A stretch of DNA of 64,000 nt, taken from contig CAVPRW010000001.1 of the NCBI GenBank assembly GCA_963707985.1, positions 51,503-115,502 on the forward strand. The letters run 5' to 3'. A program made the translations under genes and the position numbers. The notes beneath the pieces were generated by a model that was not told the DNA's origin, did not search any database, and was given only the letters and a program-made list of their open reading frames with translations. The first letter of the stretch is position 1. Each line of letters opens with the position of its first letter. Positions 50,811 to 61,475 of this stretch are shown here, piece after piece. The stretch comes from an uncultured Nitrospinota bacterium (GTDB lineage Bacteria > Tectomicrobia > Entotheonellia > J063 > CAVPRW01).

Positions 50811-52065
50811 GTGACGCTACGATCGATTCTGATTATCGCCGATGACCTGACCGGGGCAGCGGATAGTGCGGTGCAATTCCGCCAGGCGGGCTTCTCGGCG
50901 GTGGTGCTGGCGCATCCGGCCCGCCATCGTTTCTCTTGGCCTCGGGCACAAGTCGTTAGCCTCAATCTGAATACCCGCGATGCCTCTCCCGCTGCGGTAC
51001 GACGCATCTGGACGCGTCAGACTCCGGCCATTCGCCTGCTGGCGCAGGATGCCTTGGTCTACCATAAAATCGATTCTACCTTACGTGGCCATCCGGCGCT
51101 TGAAGTCCGCCTGCTGCTTAATTGCCTCGGCGCTTCAGGGGCCATCATCGCACCCGCTTTTCCCAAACTTGGCCGACACACGATTGACGGGGTGCAGCGC
51201 GTCGATGGCGTGCCTCTCGCAGAGACGGAGTACGGTCGTACCCAGAGACGCTCCAAGCCGACCTCATACCTACCTGGACTACTAACGGCTGGGGACGACG
51301 CGCCACCCATCCACCTGCCATGGCAGGTCATCGACGACGGCGTCGAGGTCGTCGCGCGATGGCTTCGGGAACAGCTTGATGAGCCCGGTCGATTGATCAC
51401 CGCCGACGCGGCAGAAGAGCGTCATCTCGACATCCTCACGCAGGCGGTATTGCCTCTGGCGGGACGGCTGCTGCTTGTCGGCTCGGCGGGCTGGGCGGAA
51501 CGAATCGCGATGGCCTGTAGGGAGTGGTTGGCAGATATATCTATTGGCCCCGGTGCGCTGGGCGTCGTCGGCTCCTTGAGTGCTATCGCCACGCGGCAGG
51601 TGGAGGTGGCGTCGCAGGCTGGGGTGACGGTGGTGCCATGGGACTCACGTTCGGCCCGAGCGACACCAGGAGATACCGCCCACGACTGGCAATCGGTCAT
51701 ACACATGCTTGCCCATGGACAGTCGGTCGTTCTGTGGACCAATCCTGGCAATCGACGCGTGGCCTCGAAGTCGGTAGGGCAGACGTGTGCTGCACGCGGT
51801 TGCAGACGGCGTGCGTGAGCTGTTATCGACAACGCCGATGAGTGGGCTGATGATTGTCGGAGGTGATACGGCCCAAGCTGTCTTTCGGGCGCTGCGTGCA
51901 TCTGGGCTGGTGCTGGCCGGAGAGGTGGCACCAGGGGTGCCGTATGGTCGGCTCCTCAGTGGCCCGTTTGCAGGATTGCTGACGGCCACCAAGGCAGGTG
52001 GATTCGGGGCGGACACCGTGATCAAGGAGTGCCTGACGTTCCTCCAACAGACGGCCGTTCAGTAA
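50811..52065 (+). CDS. Four-carbon acid sugar kinase family (DUF1537) protein (frameshift near 51778, probably artefact)
   Basis: IADDLTGAAD, HKIDSTLRGH, PAFP..GR, VGSAG; +1 frame GGDTA, GVP, TKAGGFG; AGGAGG RBS. Confidence 0.88.
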
Positions 52066-52574
52066 GTAAACCCGCTCCGCCGTGTGTACGTCATCGGTTC
52101 CCCCGGCTGTCGCACGGCCCCTGCCAATACTTCCGCGAGAATGAGCATGTGATCGCCGACATCGAGCATGGTCCGAACGCGACAATCGAGATAAGCGAAG
52201 GCCTCACGCAAGATCGGCGCCCCTGTGACAGCGGTATCGACCTCGACCCCAACGAAAGGATCTTCATCGAGAGAAAAGCCGCGCTCGAACCGAGCATACA
52301 ATGGCGCTTGGCGACGACCCAAGATATGTACGCCGAGGCCGCGTCCCGGCTCCAAAAGCTTGAGCAGTGGGCGTCGCTGATTCATGGCAATGGTGATCGA
52401 CGGAGGATCGAACGTCGCCTGCTGAATCCAGGACCCGACATAGGCTGCTCGCACTGAATCCCGCGCCGTCGTGACCACAAAGATGCCGCTCGGGATCATT
52501 CCCAGGGCTTGTCCCAACGACTCGCGCCCTTGCTCGTCAGCTCCGTTGTACTCCTTGTCCTTGGGCTCATGCAT
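52059..52574 (-). CDS. Flavin reductase-like protein
   Basis: ALGMIPSGIFVVT, SWIQQATFDPP, GAPIL..A..YLDC, GDH, RRSG.Y. Confidence 0.9.
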   Translation of the reverse strand: MHEPKDKEYNGADEQGRESLGQALGMIPSGIFVVTTARDSVRAAYVGSWIQQATFDPPSITIAMNQRRPLLKLLEPGRGLGVHILGRRQAPLYARFERGFSLDEDPFVGVEVDTAVTGAPILREAFAYLDCRVRTMLDVGDHMLILAEVLAGAVRQPGEPMTYTRRSGFTY

Positions 52575-52800
52575 CGACTGTTCTCCGATCGAGACGCTTA
52601 CCTCCATCCGCTTCAGCGCATGCGACCTGCCACGCTCGTCAAGCACCTTGGTCACGTCAAAGGTTTCGCCCAACCGCCGACGCCGACCCATTTGGTGCGG
52701 GGGAGTTGACGATTCCAGGAGAGCTTGTTAGAGTTGGGAGCTCTATTGTGGCAAGAAGTGCTACAGCGTATCGGGAGTAGACAGGGGAGGAACACCACTA

Positions 52801-53013
52801 ATGCCAGACGAGTGGGTGGTTCTGCGACATGATATCGCCCGGGCTCTGCTCGGGGACGGGTTACGGATCCCAATGAAGCCAGCCTCCCAGAAATTTGTGG
52901 AGATCGACCTCGAGAAAGACTCCTTGGCAGACATCGAAGCCAAGCTCGAAGCATTACGGAAGAAGCTCGAAGGCCAGGGGCTGATGGCCGCGGAATCAGG
53001 ACCTATTGGATAA
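52801..53013 (+). CDS. Small hypothetical protein
   Basis: GGGGAGG RBS; 70 aa with a helical coiled-coil-like C-terminal half; followed by hairpins. Confidence 0.65.
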   Translation: MPDEWVVLRHDIARALLGDGLRIPMKPASQKFVEIDLEKDSLADIEAKLEALRKKLEGQGLMAAESGPIG

Positions 53014-53137
53014 GCATACCGCGTAGGCCCTCGCGAGCCCTGGGGAGTCTTGCGGGACTATGCGGGCAGCCCCGGACAATTGCCTCTTGGGGGTGCATAG
53101 GGACTGGGGTCGGAGCGCACCCACAAGAGGGCTCTCG

Positions 53138-54845
53138 TTAGTCCTTGGTCCCCTGCCGCAGCAGCTCAGCCGCGAGCTTGCGAGTCGTCTCGGTAATCAC
53201 CAGTCCGCCGGACATGCGGGCGATCTCGTCCACGCGCTCGCGTTGCGTCAATGGACGGACGGCGGTGACGGTGCGTCCCAAGACCACCTGTTTTTCGATG
53301 AGAAAATGGATGTCGCCGCGGCTGGCCACCTGTGGTAGGTGGGTGATGCAAAATACCTGGCAGGTCTTCGTCAGAGCTTTGAGTTTGCGTCCGACCACCT
53401 CGGCAACTCCGCCCCCAATCCCGGTGTCCACTTCGTCAAACACCAGAGTGGGCACCTGCTCGACCGCTGCCAGGATGCTCTTCAATGCCAGCATCACCCG
53501 CGACACCTCACCACCGGAGGCGATTTTCGCTAGTGGGCGTGGTTCTTCTCCCGGATTCGAGGTAAATAAAAATTCGACGCTCTCGATACCAACCGGCGTC
53601 AGCTGCACCGGAGCCCCATCGATCGTGACGAATCCTGCCGGATCAGGGGTCCGATGGAACCGGATGACGAAGCGTGCCGCACTCATGCTCAAGTCCTGAA
53701 GCTCACGCTCAACGGCTTCAGCGAGCGTCGTGGCCACCGCCACGCGCCGCCGACTCAGCTCGATGGCCTGCTCACAGACCTGGCGCTCGGTCAGGCTGAT
53801 TTCGGTGTGCAACGCATCGATGTTTTCAGCCTGATTTTGCAGCGATTCGAGCTCCTTGGCCAGGCTTTCACGTTGCGCCAGAATATCCTCCACCGTGGCT
53901 CCATGCTTGCGCTTCAAAGCACTCAGTTCCGCCAGGCGCTCCTCGATCGCAGCGAGTCGAGCCGGATCGAATTCGACGCGCGAGGCATAGTCGCCGAGCG
54001 TACGTCCCGCTTCTTCCATCTGATACAGGGCGGCACGCAGATCCTCGGTAACAGGCTTGAGGACGGGGTCAATGGCACTTGCCTCATCGAGGGCTGCAAG
54101 CACCCGCCCGAGCCGTTCGACGACGGTGTCCTCTCCGGCATAGAGCAACTCGCCACTACCCTGGGTGATCTGCAACAACTTCTCGGTGTGCATGAGGACC
54201 TGACGTTCGCCCTTGATCTCCTCTTCTTCACCCGGACGCAGCTCTGCCTGATCGATTTCGTGCAATTGGAACTGGAGCAATTGTTGGCGACGGACGCGCT
54301 CGTCAGCCTGGGCGGTCAGCTCCGCCAGGCGCTTGCGCAACCCCTGGAGATAGTAATAATTGCGTTCAAGCGCACGCCGCAGCTCGACAACACCGGCGTA
54401 GGAGTCGAAGATGTCGAGCTGGTGCTCGGGATGCAGCAAGGTTTGCTGCTCAAACTGTCCATGGATCTCCACCAATTTGGCGCCGAGCAACTCCAACACC
54501 GACACTGTCGACAGCGCCCCGTTCACATATACTCGGCTCCGCGACGCCGAAATGGCCCGTTTGACCACCAATTCCATCGCCACTAAGGTCGATCCCATGG
54601 GCTCTGGCGAGGTCAGCAAGCGCTGCGTGACCAGTCAGGTCAAACGCCGCCTCGATGGTTGCCGTGTCTTCGCCGGCTCGGATCATCTCAGCAGACGCCC
54701 GTCCGCCCAGGGCCAGACTGAGCGCCTCGATGATGATCGACTTTCCCGCCCCGGTCTCGCCAGTAAAGACGTGCAACCCTTGGCTGAAGTGCAGGTGTAA
54801 CTCATCGATGATGGCAAAGTTGAGGATCCGCAGCTCTTTCAGCAC
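53138..54845 (-). CDS. recN: DNA repair protein RecN (frameshift near 54575, probably artefact)
   Basis: FTGETGAGKS, EIHGQ, coiled coil, NPGE..RPL.KIASGGE.SR, FDEVDTGIGG, ITHLPQVA; directly downstream of nadK. Confidence 0.95.
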
Positions 54846-54854
54846 GGTCTTCCC

Positions 54855-55718
54855 CTACGGTGTATCGCCCCATTTGAGCTTGGTGCGCAAAATCTCGAAG
54901 TAATTTTTACCGGGGCACTCGATGAGCCGCAGGCGTGTCTCCGCTTTGCGAATTTCGATCACATCGCGATAGCGCAGCGCCACGCCGACCTGTCCATCGA
55001 GAGTGACCAGCACGTCCTCATTCTCCTTGACCAGGACCACTTCGATAGTCACCGAGTCGGGAATGACCAGGGGACGGTTTGTCAGGGTGAAGGGGCAGAT
55101 GGGATTGATAATCAGCGCTTCCAGGCTGGGGTAGAGAATAGGGCCGCCAGCAGCGAGCGAGTATGCGGTTGATCCCGTCGGGGTAGCAATAATCAGGCCG
55201 TCGGCGCGGAAGGTGTTGACATAGGTGCCATCCACATAGGTTTCCATTTCGATAATGCGCGCCAGAGCACCTTTGTTGATCACCACGTCGTTGAGGACCA
55301 CGGCCTGCGCGATACGCTCGCCTTGCCGATAGACGCGGCAATTCAGCATGACGCGCTCGCTAACGGTAAAGTGACCGGCCAGGACCTCCTCCAGGACTGG
55401 AAACAGCTCAGCAACAGTCACCTCGGTCAGGAACCCGAGGCTACCGAGATTGACCCCCAGGATAGGTACATCTTTGCCCTCGACCAGTCGCGCGACACTG
55501 AGCAACGTACCGTCGCCGCCCAAGACTACGACCAAATCGACGGCTTCAGGGACGGCGCTCTTCTTATACCTGTTCAAAGTGGATGCATCCCCGAGGATCG
55601 CTGCGGTATCGATATCCATGACTGGTTCAAGGCTGCGGGCTTCCAGCCACTTCACCAGGTCTTCCAGCAGCGGCTTCGCATCTGGTCGTGGTTTCGCAAT
55701 GATCCCAATCTTATTCAC
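54855..55718 (-). CDS. nadK: NAD+ kinase
   Basis: LGGDGT, GVNLGSLGFL, LND, DGLIIATPTGSTAYSLAAGGP, DGQ. Confidence 0.96.
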   Translation of the reverse strand: MNKIGIIAKPRPDAKPLLEDLVKWLEARSLEPVMDIDTAAILGDASTLNRYKKSAVPEAVDLVVVLGGDGTLLSVARLVEGKDVPILGVNLGSLGFLTEVTVAELFPVLEEVLAGHFTVSERVMLNCRVYRQGERIAQAVVLNDVVINKGALARIIEMETYVDGTYVNTFRADGLIIATPTGSTAYSLAAGGPILYPSLEALIINPICPFTLTNRPLVIPDSVTIEVVLVKENEDVLVTLDGQVGVALRYRDVIEIRKAETRLRLIECPGKNYFEILRTKLKWGDTP

Positions 55719-56651
55719 GCTTTCCCCCTCACGCTCGCCCCAGGCACCCGCGCTCTCTCAACAAGATAGCAGTATCATGCTATGGCGCAAGTCCCTTGAG
55801 ATCGTATCATACCGCACTTTCACCGGGCAAGCGGGAATTTGTAAACTGGTGCCGGTCAACGTCTTGCGTAGTCGTCGCAGCTCGCAGTAGAGCCCCCGTC
55901 CTGGCCCACGTTAATTGCACCAGAGCCCACATGATTGATCCTACGCTTGCACGCATGGTCTGCCGCCGCACATGATCTGTCACTGACCGGGCGCGTGGCG
56001 CAGGCGCACCGAGCCGTCACGCACAAAACCCGTGGCACACTCGCGCAGCCCCTCGATGACTGACACGAGGAACCCGGTGATCAGACGTCAGGTCTCTCTC
56101 GAGACGATTTTCGCAAGATTTCAACAATTTCCGCAGGAATTTCATAGAGAATCCAGGCCACCTACGGTACCGTGTACTTGTCTCACCCCTCCTGACTGGG
56201 GGGCTCGGAAGTCATGATCTCCGGGCCGTGTTGATCGCGACGGCATGGTCACCTGGGGAGACTCTCCGAACACGCAACCCCTTCGGCAGGAGCGCCACAC
56301 GCGTAAAAGAGGGGGGAGGGCGGGACTCCTTCCACCGGCAGGCGGGCCCTGGGAGCCTGTGGATCCTCCCACCATGAGGCACTCCGGATCACCCTCTCTC
56401 ACGTTGATCCTCCCCACCGGGACCCCGGTCTGTGGGGAATGCGTTCCACGGCTTCCGGTCAAGCGGTCGTCGGGAGACGATGGTGCGACTCATCGGTCCA
56501 CGGGTTGGCGCGGCCCTCGCCGCCGCATGACCTGTGCCTGCGGCTGACGATGCCGAAAGCCCTGGCCCATCTCCCGTGGGTCGTCTCCCGGACGTTTGGT
56601 CTAAGAGTTGCGGTAGAAGCCACGTGTCTTGTCCCCCCAGAAAGGCATGCC

Positions 56652-57155
56652 ATGCATACGATGATCCTCACCCTGGCGCTCGTAGGGTTCTTGCTCGCTG
56701 GGGGATTCGCAGAGGCCCATGGCCGGTCGTCCCGCGTGGGACAGGTCGGCTGGGCCTCGTGGTATGGAAAATTTCATCACGGACGGCCGACAGCAAGCGG
56801 GGAGCGCTTCTCCATGCATCGCTTGACGGCGGCCCATCGCACCTTGCCGCTGGGCACCACGGTGGTGGTGACGAACCTCCGGACGCGGCAGCAGGTGGTG
56901 GTCCGGATCACTGATCGCGGGCCCTATGCCGAGCCCAGGCGCCGCATGATCGACCTGTCGCGCGCCGCGGCACAGCGGATCGGGCTTGAGAAGCCCGGTC
57001 TCGGGCCGGTCCGTGTGGTCGTGAAGCGACCTCCGAGGCGGCCCACGACCGTGGCCACGGGGATGCCGAGGTCAGCCAAAGCCTCACCCTCTCGCCTCGT
57101 GGGGCGCGAACAGACCCGAAGGCCTCCAGGGAGGGTGAGCTCGTCCAGGGTGTAG
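56652..57155 (+). CDS. rlpA: Septal ring lytic transglycosylase RlpA family protein
   Basis: Signal peptide; GWASWYG..FHGRPTASGE, TAAHRTLPLGT, VRITDRGP, IDLSRAAA. Confidence 0.9.
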   Translation: MHTMILTLALVGFLLAGGFAEAHGRSSRVGQVGWASWYGKFHHGRPTASGERFSMHRLTAAHRTLPLGTTVVVTNLRTRQQVVVRITDRGPYAEPRRRMIDLSRAAAQRIGLEKPGLGPVRVVVKRPPRRPTTVATGMPRSAKASPSRLVGREQTRRPPGRVSSSRV

Positions 57156-57354
57156 ATCCGACCTCGGGCAGCTCTCAACACTTCCACAGGAATTGGGGGG
57201 AGCCGCTGATCCTTATGGGCTATTGCTGGCATGTTGTTCTGGAGCTCTTGGGCATCACGAGTCGCTGGCAACATTGACGTAACCTCTTTTCTGGCAAGCA
57301 GATAGAGGCAAAGGAGGTGTGATCGCACGTTCCCTCCCATAGGTCCTCAAAGCC

Positions 57355-58089
57355 GAGACCATCAAATATCTGGGTCAAATGCCTGCACTGGGGGTAGCAT
57401 GGAGCCTCCAATTCGTAGGATCCTGACAGGAGAGTGGCCTATGAAGTCCACAGTGCAGTTCGTGGTCTGTAGCGAGGATGGTCGTGAGGAACTGGTGCAC
57501 GAGGTGATGAGCTTCGACAAGGCATCTCAACGCATCGAGCACTTCGGCTTGACGCTAGCCGAAGCGAAGTCTATCCTCAAGACGCTCCAGCAACTAACTG
57601 CCCAGTGCTCGATGAATCTCGGATCAACCCGTGGCCTCGTGAGGTAGCAGGGGTGACAGCGAACGCAAATGAGATGACAAGCCCAGTGGTCACGCTGGGG
57701 GCGATAGGTCAATCCCTGGAGAGCCTGGTGCCCGGAAACGGGCGCGCCGGGTTCGGAAGGGGAGATGGAGAAACACCGTCTGGGTGTGCGCTCTGCCCCT
57801 ACCTTACGTCGAGGACAACAATGGCTTCATCCCCCATGATGGTGAGCGCTATCGCGCCGGAGAGCGGATCAGCACCGGCGTTGTAGAATCGACTGTCAAT
57901 CAGGTCATCAGCAAGCGCTTTTGCAAGAAGCAGCAGGTGCAATGGACCAAACGGGGCACGCACCTATTGCTACAAACGCGTGTCACACACTGAACCCGGA
58001 ACGCGGGGCGATGTTACAGCGTTGATATCCGGACATGCAACTGGCGGAGGAGCCCCAGGCGGCTTGATCCCCAGGTTTTTGATGCTCTC
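57355..58089 (+). mobile_element. Internally deleted ISKra4-family element retaining both terminal inverted repeats
   Basis: Left GAGACCATCAAATATCTGGG vs right reverse complement GAGAGCATCAAAAACCTGGG (17/20). N-terminal 'GLTLAEAK' and C-terminal 'GERIST..VESTVNQVISKRF.KKQQ..WT..G.HLLLQ.R' fragments. Confidence 0.85.
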
Positions 58090-58151
58090 CTCAACCCACC
58101 GGTCAGCGTCGGTTGTGGGGTGGAGAACACTGATAGCGGGAGGAGAGGCTG

Positions 58152-58343
58152 ATGAACGAAGCCCCACGTTTTATGCCGGGCGATTCCGTGAGGGACCTTC
58201 AGGCGCATGATGAGATCGGGCGTGTCGAGACCGTGCGCAGCGATGGCCGGGTCAACGTCCGGTGGCAATCGGGCCGGACCGAATGGGTGTCCGCTGATGA
58301 CATCGAGCTGGCGCCGGGATTCAACCGGGAGAGTAGCATCTAA
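58152..58343 (+). CDS. Small hypothetical SH3/KOW-like beta-barrel protein
   Basis: GGAGAGG RBS; 'F.PGD.V...G.V..V..DG.V.V.W..G..EWV....I' pattern. Confidence 0.55.
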   Translation: MNEAPRFMPGDSVRDLQAHDEIGRVETVRSDGRVNVRWQSGRTEWVSADDIELAPGFNRESSI

Positions 58344-58399
58344 GTGAGGCCTGGTCATTATGCGTCAGACGGCCTTCGGGAAGGCCTTCATGCCAACGT

Positions 58400-58900
58400 G
58401 CAGAGCCAGGCCATGCGCAACGCGATACCACTATGTCAGGAACAATCATGGCGAGACCATCGAGACGGCATTTTTCGGGACGGACGGTCAACCGATCAAG
58501 CAGAAGCATGGCTATGCGAGGATCATCGACCGCTACGACGACTACGGAGCCTTGGTCGAACGGGCATACTTCGGCGTGAACGGAGAACCTGTACTGGGCG
58601 GCGGGACGTTTGCTCGCATCAGCATAATGCCCGACAAGCTTGGCCGTCAGGTCGAGTGGGCCTATTTCGGAGTTCGGGGGGAACCGGTGATATGGACCCG
58701 GGGGTGTCCCCTTCCACCGGCTCAGACGAATCCTGGACGAAAGAGGCAACGTGCTGGAAGTGGCAACATTCGGAACGGACGGCGAGCCGCTTGAGGTCCT
58801 GGGCACTACCGGCGGTCGCCGCTGCGCCAAATTGATTCAGCAATTCGACGCGACCAACAAAGAGATCGGCTCGGAATGCTTCGACGCCGCTGGCAATCTG
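58400..58900 (+). pseudogene. Fragment of a beta-hairpin repeat (YD/MORN-like) protein
   Basis: Repeats 'ETAFFGTDGQP', 'YDDYG.LVERAYFGVNGEP', 'VEWAYFGVRGEP', 'FGTDGEP'; frameshifted. Confidence 0.6.
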
Positions 58901-59149
58901 ACTTCGAGGTCTGAGTAGCAACCTTTCATGCCGGCACGGCACCCGCGAATCATGAAAATGTTTCAGGGTATACTGGCCGCGGGTGATCTCCACGCCACGA
59001 GGTCGATGTTGTAGCGGGCCACAAGGGTATCCAGGCGGTTGGTGATAGCGAATCGGTCGTAAAATCCTTCACGCCCGCCAAGCCGATCAAGACACGTTCC
59101 AAAGACTCAGTGCCGTTTGCTGGCCTCACCCATCTACCCCCTTGCGACA

Positions 59150-59460
59150 GGTGTGAGCACGCCACCGAGCCTTGCCATCAGGCGCTCTTTGCTCCACCAC
59201 CCCGCATGGTCTCCACGCATGAACGCCGCCGCCAGGTGAGCACTTCGACCCATTTCTGTCCGAATCCAGGCTGTTCTTATCAAGGCTAGGTCGGGTGGGG
59301 AATCTCCGCGCTAACGGCCATCCCGGGGGCGTCCCGTGGCAGCAACTCCGATGTCTGGGGTGTCAAGGCTATTTCCAGGAGACCCATGGCACCCCGTTGC
59401 ATGGCACGCGCGCCACCTGAGAGGCTCATGTGAGTGGTAGGTACGCTGGCGGACAGGCTT
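59150..59460 (+). pseudogene. IS1-like transposase zinc-finger fragment
   Basis: 'HFCPNPGCSYQG*VGWGNLRANGHPGG..W.QL.C..C.GYF.ETHGT.LHG'; stops. Confidence 0.65.
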
Positions 59461-59821
59461 ACGGACCACGTCTGGACGTGACGTGAGGTATTGTGGTTTC
59501 GGGTACCGCCGTGGCCACAACTACAGGCGCTGTCAGTAGCGGGTGAGCATGACCATCGGGAAGCGGAGCGGGCCAGGTGGGCCGTCAGGTATGGAAAGAG
59601 AGCTTCACAAGGCCTTGCGGCGCGGCTTGGAGAAACCATGAGCGCCTTGTTCACGCCCTGTTGGCGTCTCCGGATAGGACCATCTCAATTATCTGCAAGC
59701 TAGAGGTACACGACCGAAATTCGTGTATAATAGCTGACATTCGCTGACGGTGGTGGATGGGATGTACTGGTTCACGCATGCAACCCGATCATGCTCCGTT
59801 TGCTCGAGGGAGGAACGACTT

Positions 59822-60238
59822 ATGTCACAGCCACACAAGACGGCAGACCTGGCTCGCAGAGACCTTTTGCGGTTAGGGTTGGCAGGGGCCTCCGTGTTGG
59901 TTTTGGGCCTAAGCCACAGCGGCCACACCGGGGAAATGTCAATGCCCGGAGTCGAGCGCAAGGTGCTGAAGGAGGTGGACTCGAACATTCCCGGCTATGC
60001 CAAAATCCGCCTGCGCGATGTCATCTTTCAGCCAGGTTCCTCCACGCCCACGATGACGATGGAAAACGATATGGTCTGTGAGACGACCGAAGGCACCCTG
60101 GAGGTAACCAAGGATGGCCAGACCTTCACGGCACCGAAAGGCACCCTGTGGACGTGCCGGAAAGGTGGCACAGAATTGACCGCCAATAAGGGGCAAACCG
60201 TCGCCATCATGCACGTGATCGACCTCCTCCCAGCCTAG
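59822..60238 (+). CDS. Tat-exported cupin-like protein
   Basis: ARRDLL twin-arginine signal; cupin-like 'VIFQPG...VC...EGTLEV..DG......G..WTC..G....N.G...A'; GGAGG RBS. Confidence 0.8.
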   Translation: MSQPHKTADLARRDLLRLGLAGASVLVLGLSHSGHTGEMSMPGVERKVLKEVDSNIPGYAKIRLRDVIFQPGSSTPTMTMENDMVCETTEGTLEVTKDGQTFTAPKGTLWTCRKGGTELTANKGQTVAIMHVIDLLPA

Positions 60239-60386
60239 CCTAGCCCATGCACTAGCGAGCCCCGCCCGTGCGCCTCGCACGGCGAGGCTCTCAGCAGCAC
60301 GTGAGGCGCGAGGCCCCCCGTTTCAAGCTTCACAAAAAGCGACAATGACCCAGGACGTGTTGGCCCATTTCGAGGGGGGAACCCGC

Positions 60387-60761
60387 ATGGCTTATACCGC
60401 TGAATCGCTGGCCGCGTTGTCGGATATAGAGTTGGATGATGTGGTTGATGAGCTGGTGATGGGTAAGCAGCCGGAGCCGAGGTTGCTGCAACGTATCAAA
60501 AGAAGTGCCATGCGGCAGTATATGCAGTTACGCGGCAGTGGAGCGGAGTCGGCTGACTTTCCTGCCTACTCTAGTAGTCATGCAGGGATGGGCCTAGTGA
60601 TCGACACGATGCTTGATCGAGGCTTTACAATGGCTGTCGCGCCTGGAGGCGTCGTGTGGGTGGCCGGAGCCGGGCGCGAGATTAAGTATGTCAGTGGCGG
60701 GAGTCTTGCCACATCACGTGCGGTCGCAATTGCCGCCACACTAGCGGTGCAGGAGGGGTGA
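60387..60761 (+). CDS. Phage ABA sandwich (BC1872-like) domain protein
   Basis: 'ELD..V.ELVMG', 'PAYSS......VID.M', 'A..AVAIAA..A' pattern; GAGGGGG RBS. Confidence 0.55.
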   Translation: MAYTAESLAALSDIELDDVVDELVMGKQPEPRLLQRIKRSAMRQYMQLRGSGAESADFPAYSSSHAGMGLVIDTMLDRGFTMAVAPGGVVWVAGAGREIKYVSGGSLATSRAVAIAATLAVQEG

Positions 60762-60829
60762 GCCGTGGACGCGGTAATCATCGCGGTCGGATGCGCAGGC
60801 GATCGCATGGTGAAGGGGGAGGTGCCATT

Positions 60830-61180
60830 ATGCCGTACGGAGGCAATGACTGGCTCGCCCTGACCCAGGAACCGACCTTGGAGCCGGAGATGCCCATCTG
60901 TGATCCCCATCATCACTTCTGGGACCTGCGACCCGAGTACATCCCATACCAGCGCTATCTGCTGCACGAGCTGGTCGCCGACGTGCACTGCGGCCACCAC
61001 GTACGTTCAACCGTGTTTATCGAGACCAGAACCATGTACCGCCCGAAGGGGCCAGTGGAGTTGCGTCCCGTCGGGGAGGTCGAGTTTGTTCAGGGGCAGG
61101 CCGCTGCCAACGCCAGTGGCCTGTATGGCCCCTACCGGGGAGCAGCCGCCATCGTCGACCACGTGAACACTTACAAATAA
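60830..61180 (+). pseudogene. Amidohydrolase family protein, 3'-truncated
   Basis: 'EPTLEPEMPICDPHHHFWD', 'STVFIE', 'PVGEVEFV', 'AAIV.HV', then abrupt loss; GGAGG RBS. Confidence 0.85.
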
Positions 61181-61348
61181 ACTTGCCGTCTTCACCGTCA
61201 TAAATAGCAGCGATTCCAATGTATTCCAGGGTATTTGAGCATTGAAGGAGTAGGTCTGAGTGGCGAAGCCACAGAGGAGAATTCTCGGTCAAGAGAGCGC
61301 CAGATAGACTTCGTACGACTTGTCGACCGTACGATCGCGAAACTTGGC

Positions 61349-61472
61349 GTCCGATCATCCCGGCAACATCTGTACGGCCGATCTTCCAGCTCTCCCAGGC
61401 GAAATGCCTTTTCCTGACACCCCTGTATCTGGTAAGATCAGGCGATTGTCAGACTGATATCGGCCGACGATC
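61349..61472. repeat. Diverged ~125-bp repeat, copy 1
   Basis: Aligns to 63770-63894 with one indel (shared blocks GCCTTTTCCT, ATCTG.TAAGATCAGGC, CCGACGATC). Confidence 0.7.
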
Positions 61473-61475
61473 AGT

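Noticed and set aside
56515..56570. Hammerhead ribozyme (CTGACGA...GAAA)
   Set aside because: Only 4 nt lie between CUGANGA and GAAA (no stem II), and there is no correctly placed stem III/UH cleavage site.
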